In this document: positions 14,193-28,766 of the stretch, piece after piece | How positions within the stretch are numbered: position 1 is the stretch's first letter | How the letters are laid out: the number at the start of each line of letters is the position of its first letter | Assembly (NCBI RefSeq): GCF_036321535.1 | Contig: NC_087436.1 | Coordinates: 44,084,001 to 44,148,000 of the forward strand | Direction of reading: 5' to 3' | Source of the DNA: Camelus dromedarius | Lineage: Eukaryota | DNA length: 64,000 nucleotides | Notes under the pieces: model-generated | Seen by the model: the letters and a program-made list of their open reading frames with translations, nothing else | What the model was told of the DNA's origin: nothing | Databases searched by the model: none | Translations under genes and position numbers: made by a program

Positions 14193-16375
14193 TAAATACC
14201 AGTATTTTGGTATTATGTGAAATAAATAGCAAAATACAGATACATTTTGATCTGGTATCATAATAACAATGAGCCACAGATACATTTTGTATAGTCAAAT
14301 CTGATGCAAGAGCCTTTCAGACAGAAGTGGAAAGAAAAATCAGTGAAGGGAAGGATGTATGTAGATGAGACTTCAGCCTGGGGAATAATGAAAGGAAGAA
14401 ACCTGCTTCATCAAATAATCAGGTAGGGGCAAACTGTGAAGGAACAAGAAATAGAAAAGGATTTAATAAAAAATTAGGGGCTGACAAAAATCACTGCAAG
14501 AGTTGGAGGAGCAAAAAGTCAGGTGTCTTCTGTAGCTATAACATTCAAGAGCACACCACCCCATAGCCCTGATGCAGACATAAAGGAGCCTCTGCTGTTA
14601 CTGCTTCCGCTGCTAACAGTTCTTTCTCAGTATCCATGAGGCTACTCAGACTCTGGATCACTGAGTGTGCTAAGCAGAAAGGACAGCAGGGAGATGGCCT
14701 CTGTCTCATTTCCAGCTAATTAGTTTTAGTTCTGTTTCTGTTTATATCATTGTTTCTATGGAAGAGTTCACTTTAAGTTCTAAAGAAACACGTTTACAAA
14801 ACAAGTTTTCAGAAATACTCCATTTGTGATTTGGAGTCCATGTGTTCTTAAAACAACAAAACAAACACACACCACCCACCAAAAGAAAAACAAAATAGAA
14901 TAACTATGTAGGATATATTTTATACTTGTTTATTTCATTTACCTCTCTCAAATATCTTTATCTCTCTACCATCATTGCATGGCACTGCATAAAAAATTTA
15001 AATCCATTTTCAAGACTTGAAAAAAAGCTACTTTCATGGCCGAGAAATGATTTATCACAAAAGCTTGCTTCTTACATCAATGGGCTGGATTGTATCAATT
15101 TAAAAATTTTTTTACTTCTTGATAAGAAGTTCTTTGGTGCTGATGTTGGAGGAAATGCATATCTCAAGTACAACTTTCAAGTATTGAGTATGTAGATTTA
15201 GACTATATAAATAAATCATTTGATGAAAATAAAATAACATTTTCAGAGGAGCACATTGCATGAAATTTCCATGTCATGCAATGAAAGAATCAGGTATGCA
15301 AAGCATATCTGTTTTCTAGGATATATGTTTCATCTGTTTTCTTTGTACTGTAAGCAATTTTATTAAGATCAGAGCTGCTGCTGATGAAAAATCTACAGAA
15401 GTGTAAATGAAGTATTTTACATGCTCCCTGACAACCATTTGAAAATTTACTTTGGGACCCTGAAACTCAAATGTACTCCCCACCCCCCTTCAAATGAGTT
15501 CCTGTTGCTGTTTTCTCCACTTTTCCAGTTGAACAACTTAAGTAAGAGGATACAGCCTTTTAGCTACTGAGTCATGGTACAGTTAATGGGGGAAAACCAC
15601 CAGGAAAGTAATTAGGAAGATCTCCTAGTTATTTGCTTCAGTCACCATCTCTTATTTTGCCAAAAGAATGAAAAATTACACTTCCATATGGTGATCAAAC
15701 CTAATGCTAAGGCATATTTTGTGCGTGCCACAGTTATTTCTGTTTCCTACATACAATGTTGAGATACTATAAGTAATACTTTGTCTATTAATACATTTAG
15801 TGATGATACTGGAATTGACAGAAAGAACAGATGGAGAAGGATAATGAAAGGAGACAGGTATCAACTGATCTCAACAGTATAGGTTGTAATAAAGGCAAAT
15901 AATCATTTGAATTACTGTTCCTTAACGTGATTCTGAAGGTTAGCGTATCTAGAGTATTTCTGAAAGTTTAATTACAGTTTGCTGGTGAAAATTAATCCCC
16001 TACACAATCCAACTTATTTTATTAAGTTTCTTGCCTAATCTTGAAGATAAATGATGTGTTATAATGCCTATTATCACCATACTTTAGTGAAAGCAAATTC
16101 AGAGAGCTACAGAAATTACCCAACTTCTCTTTTCCCTTATTATGACTGGCCTCAAACATTTTTTCTCCTTTGGTACCATCTGAAAGCAATTTTCTTGCTT
16201 TTTCACTTTTTCAATGAAGTTTAGATTTCCTTTGTGTTCATGTGAAAAACTTGCTCTGGGAGAGTCCCTGTTAAGACATCTATTGTAATACTCGCTCCTA
16301 CACATGCCTTCAGATACTGATTGCGTGTCTCGAGAAATACACCCACACCTTACAGAGGCGCTAGGTATGCGCTCA

Positions 16376-17605
<1,230 letters not shown>

Positions 17606-17915
17606 GAATTCTACATTCCATCAGGGCCCCTCTGTGCTTGCCTGGCACTGGCGGTGTGCCCGGGTGTGCTGCTGGCTGCCTGTCCTGAGTAGCTGTCCAT
17701 CCTTTGCAAGTAAAACACATTTTCTGGCTATTTTGTTCTTTTTGCCTCCCCTCTGTGTCTCTCTGTTGAGTGCTTCCCTGGTGTGTGTTGGAACCTTGGA
17801 AGCATTTGGTGTTATATGTGCCTTTGTGTATATTTCTGTAAATGGGTAAGAATATGTTACTCTCAGTGTGTGATAAGGGAGATACATCTAATTTATAATT
17901 CTTTTTCTTTCTACA

Positions 17916-18715
17916 TGTGATAATTGCAATTTATAATAAGAAATATTTATTTTGTCTTTATCCCCATTCCTGGCACTGAGCTCCTAAAACCTTGGCATTT
18001 CCCAAGTGGTAAGAGGGAAAAAAAGGTGTCTTTTGTTATGTTAATGAGATGACTTTTGGATAGCCCCCTAGGTAACTTAAGGGTGGGGCCTGGTTGCTGG
18101 AAGAACCAACCTTGTGATTAAAGGGTTGAAACTTTCAGTCCCATCCCCCTGATCTCTGGGGAGGGGAGAAGGGCTGGGGGTTGAATCAATCACCAATAGT
18201 CAATGGTTGAATCAGTCATGCCTATGTGAAGGAGCCTCTATATAAACCCAAAACACAAGAGTTTAGAGAGCTTCCACCTTGGTGAGTAAGAGGAGATCAA
18301 GGGCAGGTAGAATGGCAGCTAAGAGAGGGCATGGAAGCTCTGCACCCCTTCCCACATAACCCACCTTATGTAACTCTTCATCTTCACCTATATCCTTTGT
18401 AATATCCTTTATAATGAACTGATACAAGTAAGTAAATGTTTCTCTGAGTTCTGTGAGGAGGTCTAAGAAATTAGTGGAACTTGAAGAGGGAATCTTGAGA
18501 ACCTTCAATATATAGCTGGTTGATAGAAGCACAAGTAACATCCTGGATTTGCATTGACATCTAAAGTGTGTGTGTGGTTGGGTGGAGTTAGTAGGAGGGG
18601 AGGGGAGCAGTTTTACAGAACTGAGTCCTTAACCTATGAGATCTCTGGTCTTATCTCCAAGTAGATAGTGTCAGAACTGAGTTAATTGCTTAGTGGTGTT
18701 GGAAAATTTACCCAT
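17916..18715 (+). mobile_element. MER21-family solo LTR (ERVL class)
   Basis: tgtgata...cattcctggcac..agctcctaaaacc, ttgtgattaaagggttg.aactttcag, ggcatggaagctctgcaccccttccc and ctccaagtagatagtgtcagaa match the recalled MER21 consensus. Confidence 0.8.
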
Positions 18716-20772
18716 TTTTGTTAAAGGGAAATTGAGGGCACTTAAATAAAATATCAAATTTTGTATATCTCTTATCTGTACTTTGAGAAAATGATAGACT
18801 ATTGTATAGATAAAATATCAGGCTACCTTTCAAGGAAAGTAAATACACCTAGATATGGAGAAGAATGAGTTATTTGAGATCTTCTATTAAAATATCTTTA
18901 GCCTCAGAGAGGGAATTAAAATAAGCAGGACTCTAAAGGCTTATTTTAAAGACCTACTTCCTCTTTTTAGTAGTCAGGACTGTATAAACTAGAAAATATG
19001 CCTTTAAATGCCAGAAATTAGAAAGAAAATGAATCTGGTTTATTTCTTTTCTTAAAAGCCTTTAAAAACCCAGAAGAAATTATTTAATATCATATATATA
19101 ATCAGAAACAAATGTCACCATGGGAACCCAAAAGCATTCCCTGATGGGCCTCATTGCTTTCCTCTAATGGCATTTCATTCTTGAAATTTTGCTTTGGCTC
19201 TTATTAGTGTTTCTTATAAAAAATGACCTTATATATATTTTAAAATGAAACTTTAAGATAGTGTATAGTGGCACAGACAATATCAGCTTTTTACTGCCAA
19301 CTCTGTTGAGCTTAAGGTACATTTTGAAGTTCTCCCTCTTTTGACTTGTATCTGTTAACTTGATAAGTTGAGCAGCTATGCACCCAATCAGACTATAGAG
19401 TGAACAGAAACTCCTTGTATATATAAGGACTCAGAAGGCACAGAATATGTGTATCTGTCCAGGTAAAAAGAATAATACAGAGTTTAGCTTTGTTCAACTT
19501 AGGAGACAAGTCTTACTAAAGTTCTTTAGAATATACTGTCTGGCTTTTTGGAGATTCAGGCTTCTTGATTCTTTGCAAAGTGTATTTAGTCATTTAGGAG
19601 ACATTATTGAACACCTTTAGGCATTAGGCCCAAGTCTAGGTCCCTACTCTCATGAAGCTTCCATATTATTTTCTTTTGAATTCTAATTTACTTTTCCTGG
19701 CAAGTGCCAAGAATTTTCACCAAAGGGTGGCCTCTGATCCTTGCCTAGGTCTGATGTCAGAACCTTTTCTTTTTCTTAGTATTATCTATTTTTTATTTAG
19801 TGAATGAATTTCTCTTTAAACTGTTATTCATATGTTCATAGAGACTTTGATCTTTTCTGAGGATTTAGAGAATCACCTCTTAAAAAAAATCCAATAGTAG
19901 CACATTGGACAGGTTACATCACAGATAACACACTTTCAAGCACATCACATGGGAGGGGAGGGCTATTTTCACTCTGTTGCATAATATGATTAATATACAC
20001 ATAAAGCTATTACTGCCAATTTCCCATGGGAAATATAAGATTGTTATTGCCTAGGCAACTCTAACATGTTGGTCTCAAATTCTATGTAGTTTAGTTGTGA
20101 TTTTATTAGTGTGTTTACCTTGTGTTCTCCCAAGAATGAGTAAGTGGCAAGAAACAGATTCATTTCTAAGGCGTGGTCTGTGCAGTATGGATGTGTCTTG
20201 TGCAGTTGCTGTGGGAACAAGGACTTTGAATCTCTCACTTCCACACCTTTGAGATCTTATTTTTAATGTTCTTCCACTCTTATGTGTACATCTTTCCAGA
20301 GAGAAAAATGAACAAATCAGAGTGATCTGTACTCATTTAGTAGTATAATATTAGAAATGCAATTATTTATAGAGACTACACCAAATTTCATTTTTCAGTT
20401 TATTTTTTTGACATATTAAGATGTTTTGTTATATTCTTCCTGAGCTTTTATTTTTGCCTCCCATATTATTTAAAAAATCTATTTCTTTCCTGTTTAGCAG
20501 AACTTCAGTGTGGGGAATAGTTTTTGAGATGTTTGGAATCTTAATCAAAATCCCAGGAAAAACTATGGTTTCTGGATGGTATGTGAATTTAAAGGAAAAG
20601 AAACTTTTTTGAGAACACTCTCTTTCTTTCCTGTTTTTTTTTTAAGGAAGTTATGTCAGAAACATGCTGAAACAATGCTTTCTCAATGTTCTCTATCCTT
20701 CCCAGAGAGTCCATTCTGATTGGGAGAAGGAAAAATGCGTCCTTCTTCTTGGAATTAATTTCTGTTCTCTCT

Positions 20773-21165
20773 TGTTAAAAAACAAAATTCAACTGAATAA
20801 ATTTTAAAGATCTTCTTGGCTTTATTTGGCCATTCCTGAATCAGGAAGCATCCAGTCTAGCAGATAGGAAGGAGCTCCAAAGAGTTGTACAGTTCAAGGG
20901 GATTTTATAGACCAAAGGGAGCAGGAACAAGAAAGTTATTCTGGGTATTTGCTGATTAGTTAATGCAGGGTTATTCCCTTTTATGGGGCAAAGGGAAGTC
21001 TTAGGTCCCGGTTTGGTAACTTGTGCTGGGCAGGCAAGCACTGATCAGTTGACCTAGGCCTTTCTTTTTTGGGAGAGCTGAGCATTCCTTAGTTAAGTTT
21101 TGGTTTGCTGATGTGGGCTTTAGTGTGAGTGACTCCATCTTGGGCCTAATCTGGTTACTTTAAGA
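20773..21165 (-). mobile_element. Solo LTR, probably ERV1 class
   Basis: On the minus strand: TATA-like CTATAAAA (~20910), AATAAA (20826-20821) and terminus ..TTAACA at 20773. Confidence 0.6.
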
Positions 21166-21849
21166 TTGTTTAATTCCCTTTCTCTGGTGTGACTTCTTTG
21201 CATCCACATGTACTGCTGAGTTTTCCCCTTAGAGTAGGAATGTAAATTAGGAGCTATGTTTTCATTAAAAAAAAAAAAAAAAAGTCAAGAAGGCTATTCA
21301 AACTCACTAGTAGAGAAAAAAATGGAAATGCAAACAATTACAAAGTACCACTTAATATATATTAGCAATTTTTCACGTGTTGAATAAAACCTAACATGGA
21401 CAATGCCTTAGGGTAATAGTTAAACTCACTTACTGCATGTTTTGGCAGTACATATTCTTAACCATAAAAATATCCATATCCTTTGGCCCACTAACCACAG
21501 ACCTAGTATCTCAGGAGCTGGGAAGGTAAAGAGTAATCCAGAACTTAGCTTTGTTCAGCTGACAGAGTTAAGTCTGATAGAAGTGAAATTATGTGAACAT
21601 ATAGATCAAATCTGGAAGGGGAATTAAAAAAATGTTTTTTGGGTGGTGTGTTTCCTTGTAAAATTAATTTTAATGTTGTAATTTTAAAATAATCATTTTA
21701 AAAGATCTTTCTGTTTTCTTTGTAAAATTGGATAGCTGGCACGCAAAGTCTGGTCAACTCTCCCTCATAACTGAAAGTTCTGTTACCTTTTGTTAAATAA
21801 TTTAGTTCTTGAATGAGTTTGGATATTTTATTCATGCTGTTCTCAATTG

Positions 21850-22110
21850 TTTAGAATCTTAGTTGCAAGGAATCTAAGAGGCAGTTTAGAACAACCTCCT
21901 ACCCAGTGTAGGGATCCCTTCTATAACATTCCTGACAGATGGTCACTCTCCTTCTGTTTGAAGGCTTCCAACTATGGGAAACTCATTACTTCATGATGCC
22001 ACCTGTTCAATTACTGGATATCTCTAATTGTTAGAAAGTTCTTTACATCTACTGAATTAAATCTGTATCCTTATGTCTTCTGCCTATTGGTCTTAATTCT
22101 TTCCTGAATT
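21850..22110. mobile_element. CR1/L3 3' fragment
   Basis: tgtttgaaggcttcca..atgggaaactcattacttc...ctctaattgttagaaagttctt; similar pieces at ~37825-38300 and ~55260-55720. Confidence 0.6.
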
Positions 22111-22269
22111 GGTTCAAGAGAACCAATTAATCTCCCCGCCCCGGTAGTCTTTTGAATGTTTTTTAAAAGGCAGTTTTGGTCCTTGCCTTTATTCTATCAA
22201 CTGTTATTTATAGATAGATGTAGAAGTTGTGAATTTTGCCACTTGTTATCTGTACCTACTTCTTATGTT

Positions 22270-22800
22270 AATAGTACCCTAGCTTTTTTATTGATTCACC
22301 GCTCTCCCACTGTCTGTGATTTCAGTGAAGATGAATCTATTCCTGGATCCAAGAGTTGAGAATATGACCTTTACAAAGTAAATCAAATGCATTTCACCTT
22401 TCCTTCCTCCTGTGACCACAGTAATTGGTTTAAGGATGGGCAAATGACCCAAATCAGGTCAATTAGAGTCAATGAAACTCAATTCTGGGATTTTTGTTTG
22501 TATTGTAGAGAAGGCAAAGTCTTGTCTACAGGATGGGTGTGTGATGATGTGAGTTCGGAACTACAGAAGAACTACTTTATAAGGCCTAAGAATGAAGCCT
22601 GTCCAGTAGAATGCATGACTGAGAGATGAGTTTTTTAAAGCCAGCTTTTAACTACTCCGAAAGTTAAACTACCTCTGTATGCCTTTTTCAATTATGTTAG
22701 CCAACAAATGTATCACCGAATGCCACCCTCCAAGTCCCTTTTTCCTTATACACCATCTTATATTGGCTCTTCTTCACTTATTAGTTAGAATGATACAAGC
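22270..22800. mobile_element. Old ERVL/MaLR LTR (LTR16- or MLT1J/K-like)
   Basis: tgaccacagtaattggtttaaggatgggcaaatgacccaaatcaggtcaattagagtc motif. Confidence 0.55.
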
Positions 22801-25800
22801 TCTAAACTGGGATACAAAAGAAATGAGTAGTCTCCTACTATCAGACTGCAAAAATGTGGGCAGTACATTCTAATCTCTGGTACTGAATTTCATCATCAGT
22901 ATAATGAACAAGTTTAACTAGACAGTTTGAAAAAAACTCTTCTTGCTTTAAAATTCTATGATTTCTGTATGACTCTGCCTCCAGATCTAACCAGGGTAGC
23001 TTGGCTGCTGTCCTTTGCATTGGTTCCAATTGATCAGGTTGTTCTTACTGGAGAGGTTAATTCTCGAAAGCAAAAATATAGAAGGAGTTTTCCTATGCTG
23101 CATCTCATATTTATCACTCATATTTAAATTACCCAAGGTTATTTTTCCTAATCTCCACCTTTTAAAAGTTTTAATGAACATATAAAGTATCTTAATATAT
23201 GTCCTAATATAATATAATATGTCCTAATATATTATGTATAATAAAATAGATGTCCTAATATAATAAAATGTCCCAATATAGATTCTAAGGCATCTATAAT
23301 TTTAAGACTTTGTCATGAAATAACTCCCTTTACTCAGTGAAAATTAGGTCTATTACTCTTATTATTTACTTTTTATTTTGAAAAATTTTGAGCCTTAAGG
23401 AAAATTGGAAGAACAATACAGTGAACACCAGCAGAGCTTTCACCTAGGTTGGCCTGTTAATACTTTTTTATATTTGCTTTCCTGTGTGTTTTCCTGAATA
23501 AATCTATTACTCTCAATGTGTGTTTAAAATAGCATATATCAAGAAAACTAAGGATTTCTAAGAGGAGTGCTGCCCTTTCCTGGGAACATTTACAAGGATC
23601 TGGAGAAGTGGAGGTGGTAGGGGTTAACAATTTGGAGTCTTGACTTTGCCTGAATTTCAATCCTGGTTCTCTCTCTAATCCTCAGTTTCCATATTTGCAA
23701 AATATGGGCATTATTTGCACCTAAGTTCATACTCAAAATATATTCATTAGTATTAGCATGTGAGCAGAGCTCACCTGAGATGTGCATGATTTTTTCATTG
23801 CTTATGGGAAAGCACAGTTATCTGTGCTCTGCAAATGAATTTGGATCTTGAGTTTCCTCAAATGGGAGATAAATCTGTGGTTGGCCCAAAAGGGAATGCA
23901 GAAAGCTGAAGCAGAAATTAAGGAATATGTGCTTTTGGCTGAGCAAGAAATTAGACTTCATGCTGAAAGTTTCAAACAGCATCTGTCAGTGTGGTACCAG
24001 TTGAAGTAAAACTAGATAAGGGAAGCAGATGGGTTTCATTTCATGTGCCAGTTACTCTTAGTGGCTGTCTGGTACGCTGTTTTAATAGCTTGTGAGAACG
24101 TTTGGGGAAAGAATGACTGCTGTGTCATGGGAGATATGAACTATGGCACACGTGCTATGTATTTACCTCTTTGGTCTAGGTGTGAAGGACAAAGAAGGCA
24201 AGTTTCAGGAATGGGGAATGAACTACAGCTGGCTAATGAGATTGAGGAGAGAGAAAAATTATTAGATTGAAGCAAGGTATTCCATCAAGCCTATTATCAA
24301 ACCAGTAATATGTGCATGTCTATCCTAGCATTTACCGCATGATGGTAACTTCTTTGTTTATGTGTTCCTCTCTCCAGTTGAAATGTAAGTTTCCAGAAGG
24401 AGGATCCACTATTATCTGTTGTGTTCTACAAAGTGCTAGGTATGCAGTAGGTACCTAATCAATGTTTGAGGTGATTCAGTTCTATCTAAATTTTGGTTAG
24501 GTTTGGGTTGTAAGTCCTTATCCTGTAAAACACACCCTGTTTCTAGGCTTATTTTGAAGCCTCCTGTTCTTCTCAGTTCCTATTAAAAGTATCTTTGGAA
24601 AATTCTCATCTTATATCAAGGAAACTAAGAGCAAAAAGTTGTTTGATAGACTTTAGTCAGAATAGAGAAGGAGTAGTAAGCCCCTGACTGCTAAACCTTT
24701 TTTCAGAGTTCATAAAGGACAGAGTTCAGATAGTGACTAGAGATATGGAAGACCCTGGAGATGCAAATGTTAGGCCTTCTGTGAATACTAACCAGCTCTT
24801 TTCTACTCCTGCAACCCATTAAGCACAGTATCTATTAAAAACTAAAAAACAAAATCAGAATTGTATGATTCCTTATCTTCTTAAATATTCAAATTGTAGG
24901 TAGTCCTTAAGTCATAATTTCTAAGATTTTATTTAACTTGTAATTTCCACATCGTTAATTGACACCCATAAATAAAATGGGTGCTGTTATAATCAGTAGC
25001 TGGAGAATGTTTATTCTGAGCTGTTAGGGGAAGAGGACGCATAGCTCAGTTTTGTCCCCATTGCCTTCTTTTCTGAACAATAGTGACAATTTAACTGTTC
25101 AGTTGAATTTTAACATAGTATTTTTATAGCTGTGAGGTAGTGTGGTAAAAAAATAAAAGTTCTGTTGAAACATAGATAAGAGGTATAGGCCTCCTAAACT
25201 TATCTCACAGTCGAACAAAGGTAAAATATCATCAGGCATGTCCCCAGTGGCACAATTTTGGCTTAATAACACACTATCTAGTTTAAGCTTTTTCAGTTTA
25301 TCTGTGAGGTTCATTTATCAGAGAAGGTAAAAATAGTTGATACAAACTGCTAGATATATATTTTCAAGTTGCACCAATAAGATGTACCTAAAGAGATTTT
25401 TATAATTTTTAGCTTTCTGAGACTGTACACACTTAACCCTCATATAAAATTTCAGAAATCCATTTTATGTGAAAGTAGGGGACTACCTATATTTATTTTC
25501 CTTGATAGTTGCCCCTTTTCTCAAGTTGTAGTTGAGTATCTTCAGTTTTTCTTGCTTTAATGGTATCTTGCTGTTTTCTGTCTCTGCCTCTTAATAACCT
25601 TATCTAGAACACAGTTGACAATGGGGAACTAAATAAAAGACCTTCGAAAGACTCTTGAGCATTGTAGTTCCTCTACTCAGAAAAAAATGCTTGGATTCTC
25701 ACTCAGAGTCTGTTTATTCACAATCTACTCACAATTTCAACAATCTTGGTGCAAAAAGACACCTATATGTTATTTAAATTCTGTAGGCAAGGTGGTTGTG

Positions 25801-26339
25801 TATGGCATGATTTATATGAAGGAGCACAAAGAATATACAGACCTTTCTTATTCTCAGGTGCTTAAACCTTAATAAGCCATATGAAGCATTTACACAACTA
25901 GGAGTAAAGCAGTGCAGAATGAGGAAAGTGTCAAAAGGAATTACAAATGAAGTGCTAAGTAGTTTAGAAGAGAGGGAGATTAGTTACCTAACTTCCATTC
26001 CTACAGTATACATCTGAAATAGCAAATTTAGAAGAGGGAAGAAGTGCTATAGACAGGTTTGCTGTCAGCCACTACTATTACAGCTGGTAAGTCAACATCA
26101 AGAGATAGTTTAGCAATATTCTAGAAAGCAGGTGTGTGAACTTAAAATGTCCAGGTGTCACTTAGTGTAAGGTTACCCTTAAGAGGCTTTGAGGACATCA
26201 CTGAATAATGCAGTAATCAGTGCTGTATAATGATTTATAGACTTTAAGAATTAGAAGTTCTCTTAAAGCCCATCTAGGTTTTACATTTTATTAATGGCAT
26301 TTAGAAAGGGCAAATTACTTGCCTCAGTCTGGTGGGGAT

Positions 26340-27050
26340 GGGGGGGATCATCCTTGACTCCTTTTTTCTCTCTCCCTAAACTTTTCCATCCTTTCACCTG
26401 CCATCTCCTTCTAATCATTTTCCTGCCTTTTTGCTGCCATTTTCCTCACATTGATATTCTCATTTCCATTTCAGTTTTCACTGCTTTATATCAGACCTTC
26501 AATATCTCTTGCCTGGAATTTTCCATGGATTCCTAACTCGTCTTTCTCCTTCCATTTCTTATCCTTCTTAAATCTATATGCCACATTTCCATCCAGAGAC
26601 ATATGACTGAAATGCAAATTTGATGGTGACATTCACTGACTCTATGCTGCAGCAGCTTTCCATTGCCTGCAAGATGAACTTCGAACTCCTATCCAGCCCT
26701 TCCCTGCTTTCTATCAACTTTTGATGCTATATGGATATATGGGGCGGGGGAGGGTGCTTGGCACATTGCCCCCTTCTCCTTCTTCATTCTCTCTCCAAAT
26801 TCACTTGGCTAATATCGCAACCGTTAGGACTCACCTTAATGCCTAGACTGGAGGTCTTTCACCACCCAGTGATTTTCATCGCATCCTATTATTGGATTGA
26901 CTCGTACTATAATTATGTATTCGGCTACTCTGTTTGAATGTGAGCTCTTTGATAGATGTTGTTTTATTCATCTTTGTGTACCAAAGACCATATTAGGTGC
27001 TCAGTTTTAGGACATGTTAGATATTCAATCAATGTGTCTTGAATGCATGT
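26340..27050 (+). mobile_element. LINE2 fragment
   Basis: tcatccttgactcc, tctcttgcctgga, gaatgtgagctctttga, ttttattcatctttgtgta and caatcaatgtgtcttgaatg 3' end. Confidence 0.6.
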
Positions 27051-27109
27051 AAAGCTATTAGAAATAAAACTACCTGAATACTAATAGTCAGGCAAATGTT
27101 CTTCCTCTT

Positions 27110-27315
27110 ACACTCTTGGTTTGTGAAACTGGCTGTGAATCAGAATCACCTGGAAAGGTTTTCTTCCCAGGGATGGAAAGGAAAAGCACAGATTCCTGGG
27201 CTTCACTCCTTCCCTAGTGAATCAGAATATTTTCATATTTTTATGAGTTTTCTCAGGTGATTGTTATGAGTCAACCTAACACCTGATCTCAGGTTGGAGT
27301 TTGTAGATCATTGCA
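27110..27315. mobile_element. MER5-type hAT MITE
   Basis: atcagaatcacctgga...cacagattcctggg...gaatcagaat...ctcaggtgatt. Confidence 0.6.
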
Positions 27316-27373
27316 AAATATTTCTTGTCATGAGCCTGTGAGAGTAATCACATTTAGTAAGTCAAAGTAATGG

Positions 27374-28766
27374 GAATAAAGGTAATCTCTTCAGCAAATG
27401 GTGTTGGGAAAATTGGACAGCAGCATGTAAATCAATGAAGCTAGAACACTTCCTTACACCATACACAAAAATAAACTCAAAATGGATCAAAGACTTAAAC
27501 AAAAGACAAGATACAATAAACTTCCTAGAAGAAAATATAGGCAAAACATTATCTGACATATATCTCAAAAATGTTCTCCTAGGGCAGTCTACCCAAGCAA
27601 TAGAAATATAAGCAAGAATAAACAAATGGGACCTAAGTAAACCTACAAGCTTCTGCACAGCAAAGGAAACCAGAAGTAAAACAAAACGACAACCTACGGA
27701 ATGGGAGAAAATTTTTGCAAATGATGAAACTGACAAAGGCTTGATCTCCAGAATATATAAGCAGCTTATATGACTTAATAAGAAAAAAACAAACAACCCA
27801 ATCCAAAAATGGGCAGAAGACCTAAACAAGCAATTCTCCAAGGAAGAAATACAAATGGCCAATAGGCACATGAAAAAATGCTCAATATCACTAATTATCA
27901 GAGAAATGCAAATCAAAACTACAATGAGATATCACCTCACACCAGTCTGAATGGCCATCATTCAAAAGTCCACAAATGACAAATGCTGGAGAGGCTGTGG
28001 AGAAAACGGAACCCTCCTACACTGCTGGTGGGAATGCAGTTTGGTGTAGCCACTGTGGAAAACAGTATGGAGATTCCTCAAAAGACTAGGAATAGACTTA
28101 CCATATGACCCAGGAATCCCGTTCCTGGGCATGTATCCAGAAGGAACCCTACGTAAAAAAGACACCTGCACCCCAATGTTCATAGCAGCACTATTTACAA
28201 CAGCCAAGACATGGAAACAGCCTAAATATCCATCAACAGGTGACTAGATAAAGAAGAGGTGGTATATTTATACAATGGAATACTATTCAGCCATAAAAAA
28301 CAACAACATAATGCCATTTGCAGCAACATGGATGTCTCTGGAGAATGTCATTCTAAGTGAAGTAAGCCAGAAAGAGGAACAAAAATGCCATATGAGATCA
28401 CTCATATGTGGAATCTAAAAAAAAATGAACATAAATACAAAACAAACAGACTCATAGACAAAAATACAAAGTTGTGGTTGCCAAGGGGGAGGAGGGTGGG
28501 AAGGGATAGCCTGGGAGTTCAAAATTTGTAGATACTGACAGGCATATGTAGAATAGACAAGATTATACTGTACAGCACAGGGAAATATATATAAGATCCT
28601 GTGGAAGCTCATAGTGAAAAAAATGTGAGAATGAATATATGTATGTTCATGTATAACTGAAAAATTGTGCTCTACACTGGAATTTGACAATATTGTAAAA
28701 TGACTATAACTCAATAAAAAATGTTATATAAAAAAGAAAAATAAACACTAATATTAGAAAAGAAAA
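27374..28766 (+). mobile_element. Young 5'-truncated LINE-1 (ORF2 C-terminus, 3'UTR, A-rich tail) with perfect 15-bp TSD
   Basis: + frame reads [38 protein letters not shown] (L1 ORF2) with later in-frame stops; AATAAA at 28713. TSD aagtcaaagtaatgg at 27359-27373 and 28767-28781. Confidence 0.95.

Noticed and set aside
20773..21165. Missing second LTR of the 38.8-43.6 kb provirus
   Set aside because: Opposite strand, upstream position and no visible similarity to the 5' LTR.
27362..28207. 184-aa and 81-aa hydrophobic minus-strand ORFs
   Set aside because: Antisense frames of L1 ORF2, a common false-gene artefact.
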